Made by a program: the position numbers and the translations under genes. From IMG/VR virus record IMGVR_UViG_2609459839_000001: a stretch of DNA of 39,079 nt; one strand, given 5' to 3'. The notes below the pieces were generated by a model. That model made no database searches, was not told the DNA's origin, and saw only the letters and a program-made list of their open reading frames with translations. Of this stretch, positions 28,728 through 37,052 are shown in pieces. The DNA is from a virus (lineage: Duplodnaviria > Heunggongvirae > Uroviricota > Caudoviricetes). Numbering within the stretch: position 1 is the stretch's first letter; the number at the start of each line of letters is the position of its first letter.

Positions 28728-29000
28728 TTACCTCCAGATGCGTTGCTGGAATGTGCGGGACGGACGCGGTGGGCGTTCGGAATAAGGGAGCCTGACAGAA
28801 ATTATCCAGTGTCGGAAGTCAGGGCCGAGGTCTTTCTGAAAGTCGTACCCACGCCTGCGGTAGTTCTGAATCAGCCATTCGGCCTGTTCTTCAGTGCATG
28901 GGGCATGCTGGTACCAGTCATATTTGAATGTATGAGAACGCCGCCCGTGCCAGCTGGCAAGGTCGGTATCAGAATTGTGATGTTTGGTATTGTGCGCCAT
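28728..29000 (-). CDS. hypothetical nin-region protein
   Basis: 90 aa ORF with ATG, stop 1 nt before DUF968 start. Confidence 0.5.
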   Translation of the reverse strand: MAHNTKHHNSDTDLASWHGRRSHTFKYDWYQHAPCTEEQAEWLIQNYRRRGYDFQKDLGPDFRHWIISVRLPYSERPPRPSRTFQQRIWR

Positions 29001-29071
29001 CGGTTTTCTCTGCTGGCGCAGCAGGTGCCAGTTGTTCAGGCTGGCCTGTAGATTGTAAACCAGAATACGTA

Positions 29072-29096
29072 AAACAAAAAACCCGCCGAAGCGGGT
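29072..29096 (-). terminator. rho-independent terminator closing the two-gene cargo cassette
   Basis: ACCCGC cgaa GCGGGT followed on minus strand by TTTTTTGTTTT; overlaps stop of 29102-30223. Confidence 0.6.
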
Positions 29097-29101
29097 TATG
29101 C

Positions 29102-30223
29102 CTAGTGAATTTTGCCTCTAAGAGTTCGGTAAGATTGTAGTGAAACAACATCACCACTTCCTGGCAGTTCATGAACCGCAGGAAGATCATCTCCTACTAA
29201 CTCATAAAAAATGTCCACTTCTATATCCATTTCATCAGCTATACGCTGTGGGTCGTATCCTAACTCTTCAAATAAAAACGATAAAGCCCGACGGAATAAC
29301 TCAGGACGCTCATGAGGGATTAGATAATCTTCTTTTTCATCAATAGCTTCCCCTTTCCGTTTCAACCCCATAAATGCAGTTCTGTACTGCTCATCAGTCA
29401 AAAGTCCTAATTGATGAGCCCTGTAAACAATGGCAGCCTTACTTACTTTCCATGTCAACTTAAATTGGCTTAGTCCCTGCCAATTTATCCTCCCCCCCAC
29501 AGGTCTTGGAAAATATTTCGCCATCGACGTTCTGGGAAGCAACAGAGCAGAGGCAAAACGGTTTGCCTGGGATTCAGTTAATCTATCCCCAGTAGAAATT
29601 CCTTCATGAAGAATCAAATGGGCAACCTCATGAGCAATATCAAAGCGTTGCCTACAAGGTGAATTTTTAGCTGTATTTCGAACAATAAAAGGCCTTCGTA
29701 GAGGAACAGACAGTGCATCTACTTCATCCGAAACGGAGTCAAATGAAGTAACAAACGCCCCAAGTTTCTCGGCAAGGCGAGTCATATTTTCAATTGGGCC
29801 AAAGCCTAAGCCCCACTCAATACGACATTTTTCTGCCGCTCGCTCGATATCTTCTTGTGTATGGACACGAAATTCAGGAAATCGAACAGGTGACAAATTA
29901 AGGTTATCTTCAAATACATCAATAAAACGACGATAAAACTCAGCCTTAGCGAGTGTTGATAGCTTCGTTGACATCCTTGTCGAGGCGCGTTTACGAAAAT
30001 GTACAATCTCTTCATTAACAGGAGAATGTTCCTGCCCTTCGAAAAAGGCGGGCTTCACGCGCAAAACCTCGGCTAATTTATTTATAAGCTCTGGGGATGG
30101 AGTAGCTGAACCAGACTCCAGTCGCTGTACATACTGGCGTGTTTTTTCAACCTTCTCAGCAACCTGCTCCAGAGATAGCTCGTGATACAGACGAGCAAGT
30201 CTTAAATTAGTACCGTTAAACAC
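29102..30223 (-). CDS. XRE-family HTH fused to M78 (ImmA/IrrE, COG2856) zinc metallopeptidase
   Basis: 373 aa; N-terminal HTH (LSLEQVAEKVEKTRQYVQRLESG), HEXXH motif HEVAHLILH; GTG start 10 nt after upstream gene stop. Confidence 0.8.
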   Translation of the reverse strand: MFNGTNLRLARLYHELSLEQVAEKVEKTRQYVQRLESGSATPSPELINKLAEVLRVKPAFFEGQEHSPVNEEIVHFRKRASTRMSTKLSTLAKAEFYRRFIDVFEDNLNLSPVRFPEFRVHTQEDIERAAEKCRIEWGLGFGPIENMTRLAEKLGAFVTSFDSVSDEVDALSVPLRRPFIVRNTAKNSPCRQRFDIAHEVAHLILHEGISTGDRLTESQANRFASALLLPRTSMAKYFPRPVGGRINWQGLSQFKLTWKVSKAAIVYRAHQLGLLTDEQYRTAFMGLKRKGEAIDEKEDYLIPHERPELFRRALSFLFEELGYDPQRIADEMDIEVDIFYELVGDDLPAVHELPGSGDVVSLQSYRTLRGKIH

Positions 30224-30233
30224 ATTTCACCCA

Positions 30234-30827
30234 CTATTTGCTATTTTGTTTCTTTTCCTTCTCAGTCTTAGACGCACTGATAGGTTCTAGTTCGATAGGT
30301 ACCGGTGCTGGAGGTACATCATCGACAGAGTTCAGCATAACAACACGGTCCGCACCATATGTCCAAGTTGACACGATCTCACCAAACACGTTATAGCCAT
30401 TAAAAATGACTCTACCACCCTCGCCTTCAAATTCAGGCTTTTCAACCACAAAGCGATGCATAGTTGGAGTAGTCTCCTCTGACTCAAAGAGTCGATCAGC
30501 ATCATTTCTTTTGAAAAAACCGCGTTTCTTGGGGTTATCTGCGTCATCAGTAAAGAAACGAATAGGGACATTCCCAATTGAAAACGTAAGATCCATGCCA
30601 GGATTAAGTAGTCTTAACCAGTCATATGTCTTTCGTACGCACATTTGTAGCAACGCCTGCCGCTGACGCCCAAATGTACAACCACCACGAGTGTAATTAT
30701 CATCATAGGGCGATGACAATAACTCATGAGTAATATCCTGTATCCTGAGCAACTCCTCAGCTATAATGGTTAAACGCTCCTCTGTTAACTCAGGAAAGAA
30801 CTCCCAAGGGAATGGATGGTTCTGCAT
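30234..30827 (-). CDS. hypothetical protein (197 aa), first gene of cargo cassette
   Basis: ATG 30827 preceded by GGAGAAG; no recognisable motif. Confidence 0.6.
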   Translation of the reverse strand: MQNHPFPWEFFPELTEERLTIIAEELLRIQDITHELLSSPYDDNYTRGGCTFGRQRQALLQMCVRKTYDWLRLLNPGMDLTFSIGNVPIRFFTDDADNPKKRGFFKRNDADRLFESEETTPTMHRFVVEKPEFEGEGGRVIFNGYNVFGEIVSTWTYGADRVVMLNSVDDVPPAPVPIELEPISASKTEKEKKQNSK

Positions 30828-30862
30828 AGACACTTCTCCGCCTAATCCGTGCAAAAAACGAC

Positions 30863-30909
30863 TTTTGTCAACCAAGATATTGGTGCATATTCATAATTTT
30901 GTCAACCAA
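30863..30909 (-). promoter_or_regulatory. promoter-like region with two direct copies of TTGGTTGACAAAA (each containing TTGACA)
   Basis: Copies at 30863-30875 and 30897-30909 (plus-strand TTTTGTCAACCAA); distal TTGACA-17 nt-CAATAT. Confidence 0.35.
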
Positions 30910-30910
30910 T

Positions 30911-30931
30911 AAAAAACCCGCCGAAGCGGGT
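30911..30931 (-). terminator. rho-independent terminator, identical hairpin to that at 29081-29096
   Basis: ACCCGC cgaa GCGGGT followed on minus strand by TTTTTTATTGG. Confidence 0.55.
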
Positions 30932-31277
30932 TAAGTGCGGGTGCGTTGAGGATGCCTGACACATCAGAGGTGGCGAGGGATTTCTCCCTCGCCTGGTCTC
31001 TTACTCCTCAGGTTCGTAAGCTGTGAAGACAGCGACCTCCGTCTGGCCGGTTCGGATTCGTACCTCGCAGAGGTCTTTCCTCGTTATCAGTACCGCAACA
31101 ATTTCGTATTCATGATTCATTTCATCTAAAACAGTTCATAAACCTAAATAAATTCAAAAAATCACAACACAAATAAATATAAATTATCTCATCCTGAAGA
31201 ACGATAGGATTATTTAGAATTAATAACAATTAATGTAACAATAATTATCAATCCAGATTATTCAAATAAAATGTCAT

Positions 31278-32324
31278 TTACCATATGGAGTTGTGAATGA
31301 ACTTTAATTCATTTTTTATTTTGTTAACAGATAAATTCACGGATGTCCTAACTCTATTCACAGTCATTGCATCTCCTGGATTTAACAACTCTAATGGTTT
31401 AGACTTAGCACTTGACATTCTGCCACTACCCAGAAAATCATCAAGAATCACAATGTGATTATTAGGATCATCTGTTGTAAAATTACTAATATTTTGTCGA
31501 ATTACCTCTCTTACAGCTTCGATGTACATTTTTGTCTGTTGATTTGGTTTATTCCTTGCTCCTGCCACTGTTGACCATCCGCAATGGGTAATAACCACCA
31601 TCTGAATTTTTGGTGTATGGCCATCAGACGGCATTATCTTTCTAAATTCTGATGTTGGTTTAGTCAGAGTATCAATAAGTAATCTTAATGAATTAATCGA
31701 TTGCTGATCTGTCCTCACTGGAACTATTAAAGCATCTGTTGCATGCCAAGATAAATGCGTCGCTCCAGAGAAAAAAGGTGATGTATCAATTAACGCTTTT
31801 GTAGTACCAGTTTCAACCATTTCTCTGGCTATTTCTTTCTTCAGAGAAAAAAGAATTGTATCAATAACAACCTGCTGAGTAGCCCCAGAAATTGTTCTGG
31901 CTTGAGCCAGAGCATTCGCCATTTGCGTAGGTAGAAGATAAAGTTGACTATCAGATTGAATAAAATAGTTATTCTTGCCCGCAAACCAAGCATTAGTTGA
32001 TGATACTAGCTTTGCAGCACGCGTTGCAAATCCAAGCCCTGGAACAAAATAAGGCATTAAGAGGTCATTTGCAGTTGTGCTAGACGAAGATGCATAATTA
32101 TTGTCAAAAAAATATGATAAATTTCCTTGCGGGCACGTATCCACGATTAATGCGTTATCCGCCAAATATGACAGATTAAAAGTTAAAGATGTCTTACCAA
32201 TGCCTCCCCGTAAATTACATACTGTATATTTATCATATTTCGGCAAATTAAGACTTCTTACATTACCGTCAGCAACTTCGAATTGACGCTCTATCAGAGC
32301 ATTAACATTTGATTCACTAGTCAT
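31278..32324 (-). CDS. ParA/MinD-like P-loop ATPase in AT-rich cargo segment
   Basis: 348 aa; deviant Walker A NLRGGIGKTS (Arg where ParA/MinD have the signature Lys), DTCPQGN motif; region visibly AT-rich. Confidence 0.7.
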   Translation of the reverse strand: MTSESNVNALIERQFEVADGNVRSLNLPKYDKYTVCNLRGGIGKTSLTFNLSYLADNALIVDTCPQGNLSYFFDNNYASSSSTTANDLLMPYFVPGLGFATRAAKLVSSTNAWFAGKNNYFIQSDSQLYLLPTQMANALAQARTISGATQQVVIDTILFSLKKEIAREMVETGTTKALIDTSPFFSGATHLSWHATDALIVPVRTDQQSINSLRLLIDTLTKPTSEFRKIMPSDGHTPKIQMVVITHCGWSTVAGARNKPNQQTKMYIEAVREVIRQNISNFTTDDPNNHIVILDDFLGSGRMSSAKSKPLELLNPGDAMTVNRVRTSVNLSVNKIKNELKFIHNSIW

Positions 32325-32531
32325 ATCGCCACCATTAGTTTTACACTTTTATTGATGATATGGAAAACTAACCTAGTTGTCAACAATGGATTAAAAAACA
32401 AACACACAAGCGTTTATCAAAAGCACCTTGATTGGTGATACTACCGTGTCTTTCAGCCAAACAGTTCAGTATGTAAAGCGAATCCAACATCAATTAAGAA
32501 CGTTTTCAGCGCTCCCCCAGTTGTCTAGATG

Positions 32532-32792
32532 TCAAACTTCATGCGCTCTCCTGTCGAAATAAACGTACTGATTAATCATGCCCAAGGACATTTCGCGTTT
32601 TACAGCGATATCACGGCGGGGAACTCCACACTGATGAAGCTTCCGCACTAGCTCAATATCGCTTTGCGGATGTTTTTTTGATTGGTTATAACCCCCCCCT
32701 CTTAACATCCTATTGATACCCAGTTCCTGCGCTTTCGCTCTGACAGCATAACTAGAACGATCAATCAACCCTCCTATGCTTTCGGCCGTCAA
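32532..32792 (-). CDS. small hypothetical protein, possible HTH
   Basis: 86 aa, TTG start. Confidence 0.4.
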   Translation of the reverse strand: MTAESIGGLIDRSSYAVRAKAQELGINRMLRGGGYNQSKKHPQSDIELVRKLHQCGVPRRDIAVKREMSLGMINQYVYFDRRAHEV

Positions 32793-32809
32793 CGCGTCTA
32801 CACAATTGC

Positions 32810-33265
32810 CTAAGCGCCATGATTTCCCTCATGCACAACCTGTTCACCGAATGTCTCTCGAAAACCATTCTGGTAAAATGCCAGTACACGCTGCATAGCT
32901 TCGCTCTTCCGGCACTCGCGACAGATTATGTTCTGACGCCTGTCGTAGCGACGTATTTCTCCGTCAGGTAATGACCAGATAAGGTCCGGATCAACCGCAG
33001 ATGGTTTCTTCAGCTTTGCCCTTGAGAGCTTTTTACGGGCATTTTGCCAGTCCTTACGCGCCTGTTCAGACGGGAATAACCCGTAACCAGAGTTGTATAC
33101 ATCGCCACTGGCAACCAGCTCTCTGGCCAGAACGCTCATCAGATATCTTGTTGCCCCAGTTTTAGCTTCCAGTTGTCGTAACGTCTCGCGCCCACTCTGG
33201 CGTACGAGTTCAAGAACCTGCCCTTTAATTTTTTCCCGCTCTTCTTGTGTAAAAACTTTTGCCAC
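32810..33265 (-). CDS. hypothetical protein downstream of replication initiator
   Basis: 151 aa, GTG start with strong SD AGGAGGG. Confidence 0.5.
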   Translation of the reverse strand: MAKVFTQEEREKIKGQVLELVRQSGRETLRQLEAKTGATRYLMSVLARELVASGDVYNSGYGLFPSEQARKDWQNARKKLSRAKLKKPSAVDPDLIWSLPDGEIRRYDRRQNIICRECRKSEAMQRVLAFYQNGFRETFGEQVVHEGNHGA

Positions 33266-33305
33266 AAGCCCTCCTGAAAATTACCTCATGACCAGAAATT
33301 AACAC

Positions 33306-34376
33306 TTACCCCCTGAAGCCCGGCGGAATTTCGTTATCCGGTTCAGAAATATGATTCACACAACGCTGGTTGTTCGTGCCGCTTACCGGGAGAAACCAGG
33401 GGTTCTCAAAATTCCGGTCCGGTCCAAAAAACGTCGTCGCTCGCTGAACAAATTCCGTTCCCGTTTTCCCGGTAGCCGCCAGGTATCTTGCGTAACGCCT
33501 CACGCCATCCAGCATGGCCTCTGGTGGCACCCCCTCGCGTAATCTGGCCTTCCAGGCACTGAAAGCGGATTTCTTCGGGTTTGCTCCGGCACGCAACGGG
33601 TACTCCCGCCAGACCTGTTCGAACACATCCGGATAATCCACTCGTCCCACAGACTGACCGGTGTTTTCCGGGACTACCCGATCGGCTTCCCGCTGAATGG
33701 CGGAATCGGCTTCAGGCTGCTGAAGTTGGTGTGATTGCTCCTGCCTTGCGGTCATCACCTGCTGCACAGCGCCCGAATCGGCTTTCAGCGCATACGCTGA
33801 ATCGGCTTCCGGTGTCGTGCCTGCTGGCTGACCAGGATTGACGGTCTGAACATCCCCTGCCTGGTTCGTGGCGTTTTTTACGCCATGGACCATAGTGTTT
33901 TGATCTTCTTGATCTGTATCTTTATCTGTATCTTTATCTGTCGTGACTCGTCGTGACATGTGCGTGACATTTCGTGACGCGCCGTGACAATCGCCATTTT
34001 GTTCCCGCTTTCTTTCCCTCTCTCGCTGCGCCCTCTTGCGCTCTGCAGGAGATTTTGCGGTTTGCGAAATATTGCCGTTGTCCTCTTTAAGCACCTGGCG
34101 TTTTTCCCATCCAGTGATTAAATCACCATCAAGTACCCGCCCCTGCATCGTCTGCAAAATTGAATCAATTACCTCTTCTGTCACGTCGAGCGCACTTGCC
34201 AAATCTTCTGTCGTGACATCAATGTGACCTCGCGTGACATTTCGTGACGCGCTCACTAGGAGGTGGATATACACTGCCATCACTGTTGCAATTGACTGCC
34301 CTGAGACCCTGGCAATTGTTCGCCACTTAGGGTCATTTGGCATGTCATGCCATAATCTGAGCCAGGCGTTAGCCAT
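33306..34376 (-). CDS. replication initiator / replisome organiser (O-like) containing the origin
   Basis: ~356 aa; N-terminal replisome-organiser-like region; iteron arrays inside coding sequence; ATG 34376 with SD GAGGTGA. Confidence 0.7.
   Translation of the reverse strand: MANAWLRLWHDMPNDPKWRTIARVSGQSIATVMAVYIHLLVSASRNVTRGHIDVTTEDLASALDVTEEVIDSILQTMQGRVLDGDLITGWEKRQVLKEDNGNISQTAKSPAERKRAQRERERKREQNGDCHGASRNVTHMSRRVTTDKDTDKDTDQEDQNTMVHGVKNATNQAGDVQTVNPGQPAGTTPEADSAYALKADSGAVQQVMTARQEQSHQLQQPEADSAIQREADRVVPENTGQSVGRVDYPDVFEQVWREYPLRAGANPKKSAFSAWKARLREGVPPEAMLDGVRRYARYLAATGKTGTEFVQRATTFFGPDRNFENPWFLPVSGTNNQRCVNHISEPDNEIPPGFRG
33913..33988. repeat. origin iterons: two 12-bp AT-rich repeats (TCTGTATCTTTA) followed by five CGTGAC copies at ~10-11 bp spacing
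   Basis: Read directly; CGTGAC at 33942, 33952, 33963, 33973, 33983. Confidence 0.65.
34211..34251. repeat. second iteron cluster (four [C]GTGAC copies); 19-nt CGTGACATTTCGTGACGCG identical to 33963-33981
   Basis: Read directly. Confidence 0.6.
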
Positions 34377-34447
34377 ACTCACCTCTTCTGATACCGAATC
34401 TTTTTACTCACGAGTTGCCGGAAGCGATTCGATATGGCTATTGTCAG

Positions 34448-34873
34448 TCAATGTACTGCCACAGCATTTCCTGCCGGGCCACCACGGTTCATCTGATTGA
34501 AACCGGCGATTGCCACTGCGACAAAATCATCAGCGTCTCTCACCAGTCGCTCCCGCGTCTCCACCAGCTCCCGAAAATAAGCTGAACTGTGGCTGCGCAT
34601 TCTGGCCACCAGCAAAGGTGGCATTGCCTTTTCGATCGCTGGTAACAACGCCTGAATTTTTTCAACTGCATCAGGGGTGTCTTTCTCTACCCAGCGGAAA
34701 ATTTTCTGGGTATTGCGAGCCAGGGCTTCCGGATGGCTGTCGTCATACAGTTCCGGGAACGTCATTCCCAGCTCGAAATACGCTTTGGTAATTTTCGCAG
34801 CCGGTACTTTTTCGCCGTCCGGATGCGCCCAGGCATTCATCGCCATGCGGATGTGTTCATGCTTGATTTTCAT
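34448..34873 (-). CDS. YdaT-like / CII-position early regulator
   Basis: 141 aa from ATG 34873 with strong SD AAGGGGGGA; directly after cro-like gene. Confidence 0.5.
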   Translation of the reverse strand: MKIKHEHIRMAMNAWAHPDGEKVPAAKITKAYFELGMTFPELYDDSHPEALARNTQKIFRWVEKDTPDAVEKIQALLPAIEKAMPPLLVARMRSHSSAYFRELVETRERLVRDADDFVAVAIAGFNQMNRGGPAGNAVAVH

Positions 34874-35099
34874 GAATCCCCCCTTGGTTAGAAGGCGGAT
34901 TATGATCAGAACCGGGAATGACAACCGTCGGTATGTGTAACTCATATTTGAGCGCCCCGGCAGTGACTGCCTGAATTAGCAACGCCCATTTCCACGGAAC
35001 CTCTTCCCCCCACATGCTGACTGTGGTTTTTGACGTTCCTAGAGCTGCGGCTGTTTTAACAACTCCGCCAAAATAGCCTAATACTTCTGATTTTTTCAT
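34857..35099 (-). CDS. Cro-like HTH repressor
   Basis: 80 aa from ATG 35099 (SD GGAG); HTH TAAALGTSKTTVSMW; divergent from cI. Confidence 0.6.
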   Translation of the reverse strand: MKKSEVLGYFGGVVKTAAALGTSKTTVSMWGEEVPWKWALLIQAVTAGALKYELHIPTVVIPGSDHNPPSNQGGIHENQA

Positions 35100-35173
35100 G
35101 AGTCGCTCCATAAAACTGAACGTCAAAAGTTTAATAATCAAAACCAAAGAAAGTCAAGAAACAAAACCATCTG

Positions 35174-35191
35174 TGTTTTAAAATCAAAACA
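35174..35191. promoter_or_regulatory. candidate operator half-site palindrome TGTTTT-N6-AAAACA in the cro/cI divergent region
   Basis: Abuts cI start codon; same palindrome type found at the early-left promoter. Confidence 0.4.
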
Positions 35192-35829
35192 TGAGCAAGC
35201 AAACTATATCTGAACGCATAACCCAACGTATGCATGCGCTAAACCTGAAAGGCAAAGACCTTGTCAATGGCACTGGCGCATCAAAAGGCTCCGTAAGTCA
35301 ATGGATGAACGGTGGAGGAGCGCCGTCCTCGCGTTACATAAGTTCACTGGCAAAAATATTGAAAGTAAACGAAAATTGGCTTCTTAATGGAGGAGAGTTA
35401 AATACAGGTGATTCGCTTGATCTATCTTTACCGCCGATAAAAACGGTTCCGCTACTATCACTTCAGCAGGCAGCAAGCTGGAGTGATTATATGAAAAATT
35501 CCTCAATAACCTCTTGTGTGCAGCTTGTCGGAGAAATCCCGGTCAATACCTTTGCAGTTGTTCTAGAGAGTGACAGTATGTCAACATCTGGTGGGGGAGT
35601 TTCCATCCCAAATGGTTCAACAGTTTTTGTTGATCCCGATCGAACCGTACAACCAGGAAATATTGTCCTTGCCTTACCCAAAGGGACCACAACACCTGTC
35701 ATTCGTAAACTGGAGATAGAAGGGCCGGATATTCTTTTAGTCCCCACGAATCCTCGCTACCCTTCAATTATGCTGGATGATCTATCTTGCATATTGGGCG
35801 TATGCTTTAAAATTCAACAAGATATTTAA
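35191..35829 (+). CDS. CI-type repressor (HTH_XRE + S24 LexA-like peptidase)
   Basis: 212 aa; N-terminal HTH, C-terminal S24-like domain. Confidence 0.85.
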   Translation: MSKQTISERITQRMHALNLKGKDLVNGTGASKGSVSQWMNGGGAPSSRYISSLAKILKVNENWLLNGGELNTGDSLDLSLPPIKTVPLLSLQQAASWSDYMKNSSITSCVQLVGEIPVNTFAVVLESDSMSTSGGGVSIPNGSTVFVDPDRTVQPGNIVLALPKGTTTPVIRKLEIEGPDILLVPTNPRYPSIMLDDLSCILGVCFKIQQDI

Positions 35830-35894
35830 CCAACCTCATCTATTTGATTAACTGTATGCCATCGTGGTGATGGCTTAACAGCTGCCTGCTTAAA

Positions 35895-35942
35895 ATGTTT
35901 TGATAAAAAAACATTGACCTGAAAAGTTCGTTTTTCTAAACT
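35895..35942 (+). promoter_or_regulatory. candidate early-left promoter with overlapping operator palindrome ATGTTTT-N6-AAAACAT
   Basis: -35 TTGACC (35914-35919), 17-bp spacer, -10 TAAACT; palindrome 35895-35914. Confidence 0.4.
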
Positions 35943-36121
35943 TCATTCATTCCCTCACCCCATCCTACAGAATGCAGGGCAATACTTCGAGTTACCAGGC
36001 AGTGGTCAGGGGTTAAGTAGCCAGCCCGAGGCGTAAGAACATGACGGCAGGGTTCAACTTTAATAACTATGCAGCAGGTTTTTGTTCCGCTACCCCGGCG
36101 TTAAGGGGAAATGAGGTCAGC

Positions 36122-36277
36122 ATGGATACTATCGATCTTGGCAACAACGAATCTCTGGTGTACGGCGTGTTTCCAAACCAGGACGGCACCTTCACCGCAA
36201 TGACGTATACAAAAAGCAAAACGTTTAAAACCGAAAATGGTGCCCGTCGCTGGCTGGAAAGAAACTCAGGTGAGTGA
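36122..36277 (+). CDS. YdfA-like small protein (51 aa)
   Basis: ATG 36122 with SD GAGG; size/position as ydfA of Qin. Confidence 0.55.
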   Translation: MDTIDLGNNESLVYGVFPNQDGTFTAMTYTKSKTFKTENGARRWLERNSGE

Positions 36278-36278
36278 T

Positions 36279-36407
36279 ATGGATTTTGACACAATCATGG
36301 AAAAGGCTTACGAAGAATACTTCGAAGGCCTTGCCGAAGGCGAAGAAGCTCACAGCTTCAACGAATTTAAACAGGCGCTTTCCAGTTCGGCAAAATCTAA
36401 CGGCTGA
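36279..36407 (+). CDS. YdfB-like small acidic protein (42 aa)
   Basis: MDFDTIMEKAYEEYFEGLAEGEEAHSFNEFKQALSSSAKSNG, starts 1 nt after previous stop; below ORF-track cutoff. Confidence 0.5.
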   Translation: MDFDTIMEKAYEEYFEGLAEGEEAHSFNEFKQALSSSAKSNG

Positions 36408-36436
36408 TAAGCGAAACAGCACCGCGAGGAATCAGT

Positions 36437-36655
36437 ATGCAGAAACGAGAACCCGTCATCATCGCGCCAGACTATACCGATGATGAACTTTATGAGTGGA
36501 TGCGCCAGAAAATTAATGCAGCGCAGGATCTGAAATGGGCTAATGAAGCCAGAGCTAAGCAGGCTGAAAATCTGTCCGCTCTGGAGCGGGATATCACCAA
36601 TCTGGAAAAAGCAGCGGCATTAAGCATTGCCAGAATGATTACATACCCGCGTTAA
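36437..36655 (+). CDS. YdfC-like protein (72 aa)
   Basis: ATG with SD GAGGA; position after ydfB-like. Confidence 0.55.
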   Translation: MQKREPVIIAPDYTDDELYEWMRQKINAAQDLKWANEARAKQAENLSALERDITNLEKAAALSIARMITYPR

Positions 36656-36677
36656 TAGCTAACCAACGAGGCTAATA

Positions 36678-37052
36678 ATGGAATTTAAAGATTTACCAAT
36701 GCAATTCCAGGAAATGGCAGCGAATATAGTTCGTTCCCAACTGGCGACTCTTGACCTGAGTACCGTAGAAAAAGAAACCATCGATACTATATCCGGTAAC
36801 GTGCGTCGTGTCTTTATCGGCCTGTACGAAGAGAAGCAGCTCTCTGATAACCAGGATTTACATGAAAAATACCTCCTGGAATTAATGGATATCATTGATA
36901 AGGGGTTTGGCTTGTTAATGAAAAAGAAAGGGATTCGGATAGAACCCCTTAAGAACCATTTTACTGAGTGCGGCATTAATCCCAGCGATTTAAACCATCC
37001 CGCCACAGATGGGAGTGTTACAGTTAGCCATGAAATTTCGATTAATCATTAA
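36678..37052 (+). CDS. hypothetical protein (124 aa)
   Basis: ATG 36678 with SD; no family recognised. Confidence 0.45.
   Translation: MEFKDLPMQFQEMAANIVRSQLATLDLSTVEKETIDTISGNVRRVFIGLYEEKQLSDNQDLHEKYLLELMDIIDKGFGLLMKKKGIRIEPLKNHFTECGINPSDLNHPATDGSVTVSHEISINH

Noticed and set aside
31040-31075. tRNA-like T-loop motif (GGTTCGGATTC) suggesting a tRNA fragment or att site
   Set aside because: No complementary T-stem or acceptor stem can be formed; isolated motif only.
33913-34251. Possible CRISPR array suggested by short direct repeats
   Set aside because: Repeats are 6-19 bp iterons at helical spacing inside a coding gene, with no repeat-spacer architecture and no cas genes; they fit a replication origin.
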